Source: Candidatus Theseobacter exili (GTDB lineage: Bacteria; Auribacterota; JACPWU01; Theseobacterales; Theseobacteraceae). From it: DNA of 53,844 bases. The DNA lies in the NCBI GenBank assembly GCA_030765365.1, contig JAVCCS010000076.1:1-53844 (forward strand), in the 5' to 3' direction. A model generated the notes under the pieces. It saw only the letters and a list, made by a program, of their open reading frames with translations, searched no databases and was not told where the DNA came from. This document shows, in pieces, positions 44,979 through 53,844 of this stretch. Numbering within the stretch: the stretch's first letter is position 1; each line of letters starts with the position of its first letter. A program made the translations under genes and the position numbers.

Positions 44979-46346
44979 ATGAACATTTATGAAATAACGA
45001 CTGTCCCAGGTCCATACCGAAACATGTTCATATCAGAACAAATTAAATGGGTAAAAAGAAGTGTTTCTATACAATGTTTATTGATAATCGCAGTCTATAT
45101 AATATTTACTCCTCTTAATTTTGTTCTTGATCCTGACGAATTCAGAATAGCGGAAATCCCGTGGGGTCTTCTTTTAATAGCTGGAACACTCCTTGTCTTT
45201 TACTTTAACAGGATAACTAAAACTCTTTTTACAACAAAGGCCAGTGCATTTTTGTTTATAATTCTATTGTTAATCGTTGTAACAAAAACTTCTCTGCTTT
45301 ACAAAGAATACGGACCATTTATTTTCAGCATCTATGTATTGACCCTTTTTATGGTTTCGCTGGTTATTCCCTGGTCACCTTCTGAAGCGTTAGTTATTGC
45401 GGCACTACATTTTATAGCTTATGACATTTTCTACATATTTATGACTCATGCCGTCGTTTTAACTTTAAATATAAAACAGTTCATGGACGGCCTTATGCTT
45501 TTATTTTTCTCCACTATAATCTGTATCGTTGTCCGATCAAAGGAAACGCGCCGTAACATAGAAAAGTTTATTCTTCAAAAAGAAGTAGAATCACAAAACG
45601 AACAAATGAAAAGCGAACTAAAGCTGGCTCTTCGCATCCAAAAGACTCTAAACCCTGTTCCGTTGTATTCCAGGTACGTCGATGTTTATGCTCATTTTTT
45701 ACCTGCCAGCTTTCTAGGAGGAGACTACGCTCAATTTGTTTTTCTCAACCGCAATCAACTGCTTTTTATTATAAGCGATGTCACAGGACATGGAGTTGCA
45801 TCAGCTCTCCTTGTAAACAGGTTCCACGCAGAATTTCAGATACTCTCGCAAAACGCAACTGACCCCGGCCTGCTAATGAATCATCTAAACGCCTTTATTA
45901 AAAGAGACTTTGCGGGCACCTATATGTATTTGAGTTCCTTTTGTGGTATTCTTGATTTTTCCTCAGGAATCCTCAGATATTCAAATTATGGCCATCCATC
46001 CCAGTTCTTATATTGTTCTGCGGAAGAAAAAGTTATTGAACTGGAATCTCATACCAGTTTTCTCGGTTTGCCTTTTCATGACGGGCACCTGTACCAAAGT
46101 GAACAAACTATTCAGGCAGGAGACCGTCTCCTTCTGTTCACTGACGGTGTTATTGAAATCAGAGATCTTTTCGGACAGGAATACGGTTATGAACGTCTAA
46201 AAGGTTTTCTTAAACAAAATCACGCTATGAATGTGAAAGAATTTGATCAGGAACTGCTTGAACATTTGCGTGCTTATAAATCCGGTCCTTTTATGGATGA
46301 TATTTTTCTTGTAGACTTTAAAATCAAGGAAATTGAAAAATCCTGA
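44979..46346 (+). CDS. Membrane-anchored PP2C/SpoIIE-family phosphatase (RsbU-like)
   Basis: 455 aa. About 5-6 N-terminal TM segments, then LALRIQKTL, GGDYAQF, ISDVTGHGVASALL, LLLFTDGVIE and MDDIFLVDFK. Confidence 0.85.
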   Translation: MNIYEITTVPGPYRNMFISEQIKWVKRSVSIQCLLIIAVYIIFTPLNFVLDPDEFRIAEIPWGLLLIAGTLLVFYFNRITKTLFTTKASAFLFIILLLIVVTKTSLLYKEYGPFIFSIYVLTLFMVSLVIPWSPSEALVIAALHFIAYDIFYIFMTHAVVLTLNIKQFMDGLMLLFFSTIICIVVRSKETRRNIEKFILQKEVESQNEQMKSELKLALRIQKTLNPVPLYSRYVDVYAHFLPASFLGGDYAQFVFLNRNQLLFIISDVTGHGVASALLVNRFHAEFQILSQNATDPGLLMNHLNAFIKRDFAGTYMYLSSFCGILDFSSGILRYSNYGHPSQFLYCSAEEKVIELESHTSFLGLPFHDGHLYQSEQTIQAGDRLLLFTDGVIEIRDLFGQEYGYERLKGFLKQNHAMNVKEFDQELLEHLRAYKSGPFMDDIFLVDFKIKEIEKS

Positions 46347-46370
46347 ACTCAACCTGATTCAGCATTCTGT

Positions 46371-49300
46371 TTACGCCATTGCATCAATAGCTTTTTGTGC
46401 CCGTATATAAGAATCAATATCTTCTACTTTCTTATTATAAACAGGCGGTAAGAGAAACTTTTCCGGATCATTCAATATCTCTTCAATAGATAATCCGGCT
46501 AACGCTTCTTCTGAAATCTGGTCTGTTTCATAAAACTCACGTAATATTTGTCTAAGCAATTTAGAGGCTCTATCATCCAGAACAGCATCGTCTTTTCCTA
46601 CGCTTGCTATATATCCAGCCAGATCCATTGAAATATCAATATATCCAACCTGGCTTGCTGATAGCGGCAAAATGCTTGCTTTCTGTACTGAAGAAGGAGA
46701 TTTTCCTTCTTCTGAAAGAACAATTGCAATCTGATTGTTCTCAGGAAGCATTTTAAACCTTTTCCAATTGTTATTAAGTTGTTCCTGCGCAGTAGAAGAA
46801 AGGCCATGTATCTTCTTTCCGTCAAGAATAGCCAAACGGCTTATATTTTTCATAATAAACTGCGTTCTTTTCATTTCATCCATCCATTCAAGTAAACGAC
46901 CATCTACAACGACCGGCATTTCTTTATCAGTGCTATCTCTGAAATAATCAATACCTTCAAGAACACGTGACGCAGCTTCTTTTGAACTGCTAACAGTGGT
47001 TTTGCCATGTGACAAGTGACAATAAGTGCCTGTTGGCCCTTCCATATGTTCGGCTGAATAACCATCAGGTATTTCCCCTGTATTAAGAAGCGCCTCAACA
47101 CAGTTTCTTACAATAACTGTCAGCTCTTCAAACGAACTATTCCTTATGTTATCTATTAATACCCATTCAGCGTCTCCTGCCCGTTTACCAACCATCATAC
47201 TGATAACAGACATCGCATCTTCCAATATAGCTGAATCAGGCTCTGCGTTTTCACTATACATGCTGACATCACCACTAAGCAAATTGATTACAATAACTTC
47301 TGTCTCTGGCTTAAGAGCAAATAACTCCATAAGCTCCTTTGTAAGAAGGTCTGCCGCTTCCTTTAGTCTTTGTTCTTCCTGTTTCTTAATAACAGCTCCT
47401 GCAACTCCAATTAATCTTTTGCCAGAGAGTTGTGCCTCGGTTTTCATCCATTCCGCCAGTTCTTCAGCTACAGCATCTAAAACTGCTCCCTTCAATTTAC
47501 CAATCTCCACTCCACCTATCTGGACATACCATATTCCTCTTGAATCCAGCACGGCAGATGCCCTTTCAACAGCTTCGGCTACTTCAGCATGTCCAAACTG
47601 TTTCAGTATTTTTCTGGCTTCGGCTTTTGCTATAACCTTTTTTAATCTGCTGATCTCTTCGGCGCTAATACCAGCCTCTTTAACAACAACAGCAGAACTT
47701 CTGAAATCTTTAAGTCCTTTTTCCATCCTATAACGTTTGCGTTCCATTTCAATCTTAAGCAGAGTCTTCAAACAGTCCAGATTCTTCCCTTCTGAATCTA
47801 AAAGTTCTTCAAGCAATTCTTCTCCAATAAATACTGTTGATCCAAAAGATTCACCATAATGAGCATAGCTGCTTCCTTTCACAGAATCATCAGCTACAGC
47901 AACACAATTAGCTAAAACTGCTAAACGTGTTTCAGCAAACATCTTTCTGATAGACTCATCTTTCATTAAAAAACTATTAAAACGATCAGCCAGATCTTCA
48001 GAGTTAATCATTTCACCAAGTGTTTCAACAATGATATCTCCATCAAGAGATGTCCTTGTTCGCGGCAAATCAGATTCCATAACCGGCCTGATTATATCTC
48101 CTATATCTGTATTAGTTAGCTTTTCACGATCTGATGGTCCTGAAACCTGTCCATCAGCAGTCAAAGCAAAATTCCCACTTGGTTTTGTTTGACTAAATAT
48201 CGATTTGGCTTCATCAATAGCATCCAAAACCATTTTATTATCAACTCCAACTTCATCCAGTCTGGACTCCAATTCATCAATTATTCCACTAATACTCATT
48301 TTAATAGTAGCCTGATGCAGGGCAGTCATTTCTTCACTAGGCATATCGACACCTGGAGAAATTTCAGGTCCTTCCGGTACAGGGTTAATTGTAAGGTCTT
48401 CTATCTGCGCAAGGAATCGTTTCATATCATCCAGTAGATCCTGGATAGGAACAGGTTCCATCTTCACTTCAGAACCCACACCTTCCTCCGCATCAAATTC
48501 AGTATCCCCAAGATCTGCAACTGCATCTAATAACGCAGAATGTTCCTCAGGTGTAAAAAGGCCGCGTCCGGCAGATTCGATTTCAGTTACTGGTTGATCC
48601 TTTTTAGGCCTAACTCTATTGACATGTTCATAAATAAGCGCTTTCAGATTATCCGTATCATTGATATTTACATCAAATTGAGGTTCTGTTCCTATAATAT
48701 TCACTACAAACATACGTAATGCATTATTTAATAGCTCATCATCCTCAATTCCTGAAATTCGAAGCACTTTAATAAGATTATCAACCCACGCCTGTACAGA
48801 CTTTTCAAAAAATTCTTCGTGCTCATCGATTAGTTTATTAATAACATAAAAATCACCAAAATCCGTTCCGCGCCCAAGTATATCAACATTGATTATTGAA
48901 CCATGAGCAGCTTGCAATATACCTGTCTGCACTGCACTGAGAAATGTTTTTCCATAATTTGCAGAAAGCATAATAATATATTCTTCAGGAGTCATACCCA
49001 TCTCTGCAATAACTGAATTAAATAATTCTATATTTGGTTTTCCGTTTACATGAAAGAAACTTGCTAAACGCCTGTAATCGCTCACTGGAACACGCAAGCT
49101 CGCGTAATAAGAATCATCAAGATATAGTACACTTAACGACCAACGGCTCAAATCACCGCCAATTGTTAGTAAACTCTCTTCCCTTTGAAGTGAAAGACTT
49201 TCACCTGTGCTCATTCCAACCGGAGTGCCTCTTCCAAATTGATGTTCCCAGTCAAGGAACAAACCAGGTTTTCCTACAAACCCATCAAATACAGTGGAAG

Positions 49301-52300
49301 GAAACATATTATTGATATTATGTTCTTTATATGCTGGCGTACCAAGATTTTTAAATTCAATCCCATAAACATGATGTCGCTGAAGCGTTTCAGACTGAAG
49401 ATCATCACTGCTTCCAACGATTCTAATACCATTCCCATTTTTAATAGTTGCAATAGAATATGGAATAGGAAGCAGCATCGAACGCCCTGATATTCCTAAA
49501 AGAGGCATTTCAAAAGGACTTTCTCCATCTTCATCTACAACACGACGAAGACCGTACCTTTCATATACCTCCAAGTCTGTCAGAGGCCTGACATCTCGCG
49601 TTGTTAGCGCGTCTTCTTTTTTTACATAAAATGGACCTGCTGTAAAAACAAGAGAACCATCTTCGCCATCAATCAATTCTTTATATTCATCTGGCAATTC
49701 TACACCAGCAGGCATATTCCATGAAGCATTCGCCTTTACGTAAACATGCGCATTAACGGGCACAAATGCTGTTCCTTGCTGTAAATACTCAATCTCACCA
49801 GTATTTCTGTCAACCTGAATACTTGCAGCTTTATTTGACAAAGCGGTACTGACTTCTTTTGAAACCCGGTCTTTCAACTTTAATAATACTTTACTAGCTA
49901 TAACAGGAGAATAAACTGACTCAATATTTCTTACAATCCTTGTACAAACACCGCCGCTGTCAATTCTTGAAATGTTTTCTGGATTAGTAATTATTACTTC
50001 GTCTGCAGCACCCGATTGGACTGCTTCAACGGCTGCCTGAACCTTAGGAAGCATACTGCCGGCAGCAAAATGCCCTGCTTCAATATAACCTTTCATTTTT
50101 TCAGGAGTTGCAACAAGAACCTTCTGTTCCTTGACTGAATCTCCAAAATTTAGATAAACACATGGAACCGCTGTTGAAATAATAAGTCTTCTAGTCTTCA
50201 CTTTTCCGGGAGGGCCACGTTCGGTAAATTCTTTTGCTAGTTGTACGGTTGCAAGATCTTTATCGATAACAGCAGGCAGGGGTTCAAGTCTCCCAAACTG
50301 TTTATAAGTTTCATAATCCACAGGGATTCCTCCCCCACCAACGCAAATAACAATCTTTCCATCCTCTACATGTTGTTTAATTCTCTCCATTTCAACAATT
50401 TCAAGAGGGATAGGAGAAGCAACCCTGGGTCTTGTATCAGGACCTTCTGCTGGTTCTATTCCTATAGGTTTTGTCGGATTCTGAAAACCTGAATCATCAC
50501 CGTCTACTGCAACGTGCGTGGGAACAAATACGATCTGCTCACGATCTACACCAAGCTCTACCAAGGCTTCAATAATATCCTCGGCAATCCAGTCCTGAGT
50601 ATCACTCACAACGTCAGCAAGCTGAGCAAGAATTTCATCCGGAGTTTGCCCTGGTCTTTTCCTCCTCTCAAGCAACACTCCTACTTCAGGTCCATTCCCG
50701 TGAGTAATTACTCCGCCGTCCCTAATTGCAGGCAGAACCTTCCTGAGTGTTACCTTTATCTTTCTTTTCTGCTCTCCTCGAATACGGTCAAAATCCTCCG
50801 GATTTTTAGGATCGGCTTCACCAATATCTTCTCCGGAAAGAAGCGAATTTCCTCCTATCGAAATCCAGTTAACAGGCTTAACCGTTCCATTATTTGTTTT
50901 CTTCTGCACCTGATCTTCAAGTTCTTTAAGAAAAACAAATATATCCTTTGGATCAATAGCCGTTACGTTAGGCGATCCTCCTTTAGGAATAAGCCGCCCT
51001 ACCAGTTCCGGCGTAAGATCCTTTATATTAAGAGGTTCTGTAAGTTCTTCTGTATCAAGTAACTCAAACAATGCCTGTTCAAGAAAATCGCGTCCCTTTT
51101 CCTCTCCCAGATATTCAATAAAACTTTCATAAAACGCTCTCTTGAATTCTCTATCCAGCAACTTACTTTGTGCAGCCTCCATATCCCAATCAACATCCCA
51201 CGATCTTGGCATGTGCCCCCAAAGATGAAATATCATATTGCCAGGTGTCTTTAATTCAATTCGATCATCAACATCAAGAATTCTTGGTCCCCTTGTAGTT
51301 CTTTTTGCGTTTCTCCACTTTGCGTCAAGAGCTATTCGGCCATCACCGGTTGCCCATAAATGAATCCATGATTTAACAAATTCCTTTATTAATTCAGGTT
51401 CAATTTTATCTCTGAATATATCCTCATAGGTAGGACCTTCAATGAATTCATCAAACATGAAATTTCTGCCTCTTGCATAAAATTCCGGATAAATATCAGG
51501 ATCACGACTATTTATTCTCTCCTGATGATCGCTATACCCGCCAACATAATCCATATCTGTCTTTCCGGTTTTAGCAGCAATTTTAAGCTCTCCCTGTAGT
51601 GGTTCTTTCCCGGCAATCATGTTAACTCGTACTGAAAAAACCCTCTTTTGAGCGCCTTGAACTGTTTCTCTTGCAATAGAAACAGACTCAATGTCATCAA
51701 TATCTATATCCTTGTTCTTCAATATTTCCTGAACCGCCGTGGCGTCTGCATAAAATCTACTTCTATCTTCCCGTGAAACATCATTATCAAACAGCATCAA
51801 ATCACGTACAGCATTAGCCCGAACACCTGCGTCTGATTTCATTAATTCTCTATGTCTTTGAAGAGCTATATGCCCGGCAAGCCAGAGTAGCTGATGATAA
51901 AACCTTGACTCTGTATCCTTGTATTCTGTCCTCCAGTCCTCTAGACCATCCTGGACCTTAACAACCTTTTCAATTGCCTCAACAACTGCAGACTGCTCCT
52001 GTATCTCGTGGTTCATTTCGGAAGCAGCCTTTGCTGGACGGGTAATAGCTGAAAAATCAAGATATATCTGGGAACGCGACACACCATAATGAGCTCCTGG
52101 AAAATAATGCGGCGGACTACGTCCTGTTTTTTTCCTATAAAAATCTTTGAAATTTTTGTCCAGGTTCTGCACCAGTAACAAAACAGATCCATCGGACGGT
52201 TTCTGAAAAAGTTCAACCTCATTGATTGCATCTATTTGTACCTGAGTAAGAGCAGGCAGACTGCTTTCAATAACGCTACCGTCATCGTCCAGTAATTCAG

Positions 52301-53844
52301 TAGGAACATACTCTCCGTTCTCGTATCTCAGCGCCTGGAATCTGCCTTCATCTAAAATCAATCTTTGTAGAACGGAAGTATATAATGCATTTGCCACATC
52401 AACCATACCCCTTCTTTGTTCATTTAAAGAAAGTTTCTGTATTTCCTGCAACAATAATTCATCCATTCCACCTGGCTGAAGCTTGTCAATAACCGCATTT
52501 GCACCAATCTTACGCAATTTTCCTTCATCGCTGGCTGCACCTGCTGCCAAAACAACAATGTCTGGCTGGGGAATTGCAGAATTGCGAATCTCTGCAATCA
52601 AACGCCCGCCCTGCTTTTCTACAGCAGCCATTCCCTGTGTATCATTACCCATTTTCAAGTCAGTAACCACTAAATCAATCGGAGTTCCTCTATCAGCATT
52701 GTCCTGCAAAATTTTCATTGCTTCTGCATGATCTCTGGCCTGCAGTAACTGTTGTCCCGGAAACCTTTCCCTTAAAACACTATTCAAGTGCAATAAAATT
52801 TTCAGTTTATCATCAACATGCAAAATCCTCTGATATCCGGTTTCTGTTTCGGTTGCGGCTTCCCGTTCGGCACCATAAGTTTCTGTTAAAGTGGCACCTG
52901 GTGTTTCCGCTGTAATTCTCCTCTTCTTTTTTATAGCCAAAGCACAGGGCTGACCGGCAGATGTTTCAAATTCATGTATATCTTCAACCAGTCCAGAAAA
53001 AGGTTCACTTTCAAATATTTCACGAGCTTTTCCAATAGGAGAGGCCTCAAAAGTATTTATATTCAACTGTCCATCATAAAAAAAGACAAGAACACCGTCC
53101 TCAGCAACCAGATTTTCCAGTATATGTCTTAGAAAATACGTATAAGGCATTATTGCGTCTGCATCAGACGGGTGAAATCCCCTTCTAAGTGCAAAAAGCT
53201 CTATAAAAGGCCACATGTTATACATTATGACCCCTTTTGCCTTACCCTTTTTTCTGCTGATAAAATCAAGCTCATCATGCATCTTCTCGAGAAAAGCGTC
53301 GTCAAAGAAATCCCCATTGAAAAATAAAATCTTCGGAAGCTCCCTTGCATCTGTATAAACATTTTCAGGTTCCAATTCCAGCCTGTCAACATTGACAATG
53401 CGATAAGCATCGATATTAACCGGAAAAGATCCGGATCCCAGGTTAAGGTAATAATCATCGGGATTTCTTGTTTCCATTCCCAACTGATCCAAAAGTGAAG
53501 TCATGTTAATTGTAACCTGCGCTCTATATTCGGCTGGCTCCTCTTCCTGATTTATTGACAAGTTAATTGGATTAAACTGGTGCACCCTTGACCAATCAAT
53601 TGTTCTTGATGAAGTTTGCATTCTATTGACAAACGCATTCCAGTCTTCGCGATCTTCCTGCATCCGCATCCTGTTTTCTTCCTCAAGGCATTTTACATCA
53701 TCACCAAAATAGTCAGATGAAGCATTGTCAAGTTTTCCAACAAAAGCTTTTCCCTCATCCGGAGCAGCAGTAAATGCGTCAATTATCCATCCGTCATCTG
53801 TCTGCACCCACACATGATATGCCGGAGCTCTGATATAATAAAAC
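46371..53844 (-). CDS. Giant multidomain protein (>2,480 aa; 5' end outside window): MTase-like, receiver, kinase-like, carbamate-kinase and SelO-like modules plus an unknown C-terminal region
   Basis: Single uninterrupted frame. The ORF-track 'M' at 53813 is a GTG, and the frame stays open to the window edge (..FYYIRAPAYH-VWVQTDDGW..), so the true start is probably upstream. Domain evidence is listed separately. Confidence 0.85.
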   Translation of the reverse strand, partial: FYYIRAPAYHVWVQTDDGWIIDAFTAAPDEGKAFVGKLDNASSDYFGDDVKCLEEENRMRMQEDREDWNAFVNRMQTSSRTIDWSRVHQFNPINLSINQEEEPAEYRAQVTINMTSLLDQLGMETRNPDDYYLNLGSGSFPVNIDAYRIVNVDRLELEPENVYTDARELPKILFFNGDFFDDAFLEKMHDELDFISRKKGKAKGVIMYNMWPFIELFALRRGFHPSDADAIMPYTYFLRHILENLVAEDGVLVFFYDGQLNINTFEASPIGKAREIFESEPFSGLVEDIHEFETSAGQPCALAIKKKRRITAETPGATLTETYGAEREAATETETGYQRILHVDDKLKILLHLNSVLRERFPGQQLLQARDHAEAMKILQDNADRGTPIDLVVTDLKMGNDTQGMAAVEKQGGRLIAEIRNSAIPQPDIVVLAAGAASDEGKLRKIGANAVIDKLQPGGMDELLLQEIQKLSLNEQRRGMVDVANALYTSVLQRLILDEGRFQALRYENGEYVPTELLDDDGSVIESSLPALTQVQIDAINEVELFQKPSDGSVLLLVQNLDKNFKDFYRKKTGRSPPHYFPGAHYGVSRSQIYLDFSAITRPAKAASEMNHEIQEQSAVVEAIEKVVKVQDGLEDWRTEYKDTESRFYHQLLWLAGHIALQRHRELMKSDAGVRANAVRDLMLFDNDVSREDRSRFYADATAVQEILKNKDIDIDDIESVSIARETVQGAQKRVFSVRVNMIAGKEPLQGELKIAAKTGKTDMDYVGGYSDHQERINSRDPDIYPEFYARGRNFMFDEFIEGPTYEDIFRDKIEPELIKEFVKSWIHLWATGDGRIALDAKWRNAKRTTRGPRILDVDDRIELKTPGNMIFHLWGHMPRSWDVDWDMEAAQSKLLDREFKRAFYESFIEYLGEEKGRDFLEQALFELLDTEELTEPLNIKDLTPELVGRLIPKGGSPNVTAIDPKDIFVFLKELEDQVQKKTNNGTVKPVNWISIGGNSLLSGEDIGEADPKNPEDFDRIRGEQKRKIKVTLRKVLPAIRDGGVITHGNGPEVGVLLERRKRPGQTPDEILAQLADVVSDTQDWIAEDIIEALVELGVDREQIVFVPTHVAVDGDDSGFQNPTKPIGIEPAEGPDTRPRVASPIPLEIVEMERIKQHVEDGKIVICVGGGGIPVDYETYKQFGRLEPLPAVIDKDLATVQLAKEFTERGPPGKVKTRRLIISTAVPCVYLNFGDSVKEQKVLVATPEKMKGYIEAGHFAAGSMLPKVQAAVEAVQSGAADEVIITNPENISRIDSGGVCTRIVRNIESVYSPVIASKVLLKLKDRVSKEVSTALSNKAASIQVDRNTGEIEYLQQGTAFVPVNAHVYVKANASWNMPAGVELPDEYKELIDGEDGSLVFTAGPFYVKKEDALTTRDVRPLTDLEVYERYGLRRVVDEDGESPFEMPLLGISGRSMLLPIPYSIATIKNGNGIRIVGSSDDLQSETLQRHHVYGIEFKNLGTPAYKEHNINNMFPSTVFDGFVGKPGLFLDWEHQFGRGTPVGMSTGESLSLQREESLLTIGGDLSRWSLSVLYLDDSYYASLRVPVSDYRRLASFFHVNGKPNIELFNSVIAEMGMTPEEYIIMLSANYGKTFLSAVQTGILQAAHGSIINVDILGRGTDFGDFYVINKLIDEHEEFFEKSVQAWVDNLIKVLRISGIEDDELLNNALRMFVVNIIGTEPQFDVNINDTDNLKALIYEHVNRVRPKKDQPVTEIESAGRGLFTPEEHSALLDAVADLGDTEFDAEEGVGSEVKMEPVPIQDLLDDMKRFLAQIEDLTINPVPEGPEISPGVDMPSEEMTALHQATIKMSISGIIDELESRLDEVGVDNKMVLDAIDEAKSIFSQTKPSGNFALTADGQVSGPSDREKLTNTDIGDIIRPVMESDLPRTRTSLDGDIIVETLGEMINSEDLADRFNSFLMKDESIRKMFAETRLAVLANCVAVADDSVKGSSYAHYGESFGSTVFIGEELLEELLDSEGKNLDCLKTLLKIEMERKRYRMEKGLKDFRSSAVVVKEAGISAEEISRLKKVIAKAEARKILKQFGHAEVAEAVERASAVLDSRGIWYVQIGGVEIGKLKGAVLDAVAEELAEWMKTEAQLSGKRLIGVAGAVIKKQEEQRLKEAADLLTKELMELFALKPETEVIVINLLSGDVSMYSENAEPDSAILEDAMSVISMMVGKRAGDAEWVLIDNIRNSSFEELTVIVRNCVEALLNTGEIPDGYSAEHMEGPTGTYCHLSHGKTTVSSSKEAASRVLEGIDYFRDSTDKEMPVVVDGRLLEWMDEMKRTQFIMKNISRLAILDGKKIHGLSSTAQEQLNNNWKRFKMLPENNQIAIVLSEEGKSPSSVQKASILPLSASQVGYIDISMDLAGYIASVGKDDAVLDDRASKLLRQILREFYETDQISEEALAGLSIEEILNDPEKFLLPPVYNKKVEDIDSYIRAQKAIDAMA
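48654..49376 (-). other. SelO/YdiU-like (protein-kinase-fold) module inside the giant protein (aa about 1480-1720)
   Basis: Three collinear blocks resemble SelO: IEFKNLGTPAYKE (compare LKGxGxTPYSR), SLRVPVSDYRRLASFFH (compare RVxxSxxRxGxFEH), and AAHGSIINVDILGRGTDFGDF (compare HGVMNTDNxSILGxTIDYGPF). The match was made by eye only. Confidence 0.4.
49926..50870 (-). other. Carbamate-kinase-type amino-acid-kinase module inside the giant protein (aa about 982-1296)
   Basis: Collinear with all carbamate kinase signature blocks that I recall: ISIGGNSLL, VITHGNGPEVG, FQNPTKPIG, VASPIPLEIVE, ICVGGGGIPV, AVIDKDLA, GHFAAGSMLPKVQAA and VIITNPENI. Confidence 0.8.
52476..52829 (-). other. Receiver (REC) domain inside the giant protein (aa about 329-446)
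   Basis: RILHVDDK.. (acidic pair), IDLVVTDLKM (phospho-acceptor Asp), IVVLAAG, and AVIDKLQ (conserved Lys). Confidence 0.75.

Noticed and set aside
47146-47733. 195-aa Ser/Ala-rich plus-strand ORF inside the giant gene (also 50514-51062, 49034-49315 and others)
   Set aside because: These are antisense shadows of a continuous 7.4-kb coding frame. Their composition is biased and no motifs are present.
53811-53813. Apparent start codon of the giant ORF
   Set aside because: The codon is GTG, and the frame continues without a stop to the window edge, so it cannot be accepted as the true start. The gene is treated as 5'-partial.
1-53844. Search for CRISPR arrays, tRNA, rRNA, tmRNA and riboswitch-like leaders
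   Set aside because: Intergenic regions are short, and none shows regularly spaced direct repeats, cloverleaf-compatible segments or long structured leaders by eye. The only repeats found are the dispersed family reported above.

Overview
This is a 53.8-kb AT-rich bacterial chromosomal window. TolC/RND, inverse-autotransporter and lipoprotein genes point to a diderm host. The gene style resembles Desulfobacterota-like genomes, but taxonomy cannot be verified here. I saw no rRNA, tRNA or CRISPR array. Layout: (i) 0.35-8.6 kb holds a six-gene polyphosphate operon: two-domain PPK2/PAP, ROK kinase, Ppx/GppA, PPK1, an HD-CHAD protein and a SixA-like phosphatase. (ii) 8.7-14.6 kb holds an MFS transporter, a 747-aa orphan membrane-anchored protein, a DUF523::AlkD-like fusion and a small secreted protein. 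(iii) 14.6-24.8 kb is a minus-strand supraoperon, hisD-[ABC-2 transporter]-hisCBHAFI-trpEG-nif3. (iv) 24.9-29.3 kb is a mosaic islet. It carries a dispersed repeat family (4 copies in the window), an IS3-type transposase fragment, and a visibly more GC-rich cassette encoding a GATase-less GMP-synthase-like PP-loop protein, a second HisF and an HPP membrane protein. (v) 29.3-34.6 kb is the most system-like unknown: an operon of a DUF1704/MATCAP-like HExxxH peptidase, two divergent ATP-grasp ligases, a PTR1-type SDR and a lipoprotein. (vi) 34.8-46.3 kb holds an inverse-autotransporter/beta-helix adhesin, a cpYpsA SLOG protein, a TolC (with N-terminal extension)-MFP-RND efflux operon and a membrane PP2C phosphatase. 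(vii) From 46.4 kb to the window end runs a >2,480-aa multidomain protein whose frame is still open at the edge. It joins MTase-like, receiver and kinase-like domains, a clear carbamate-kinase module and a SelO-like module. All calls come from reading the translated ORFs and motifs by eye and manual coordinate counting. No database search or statistics could be run.
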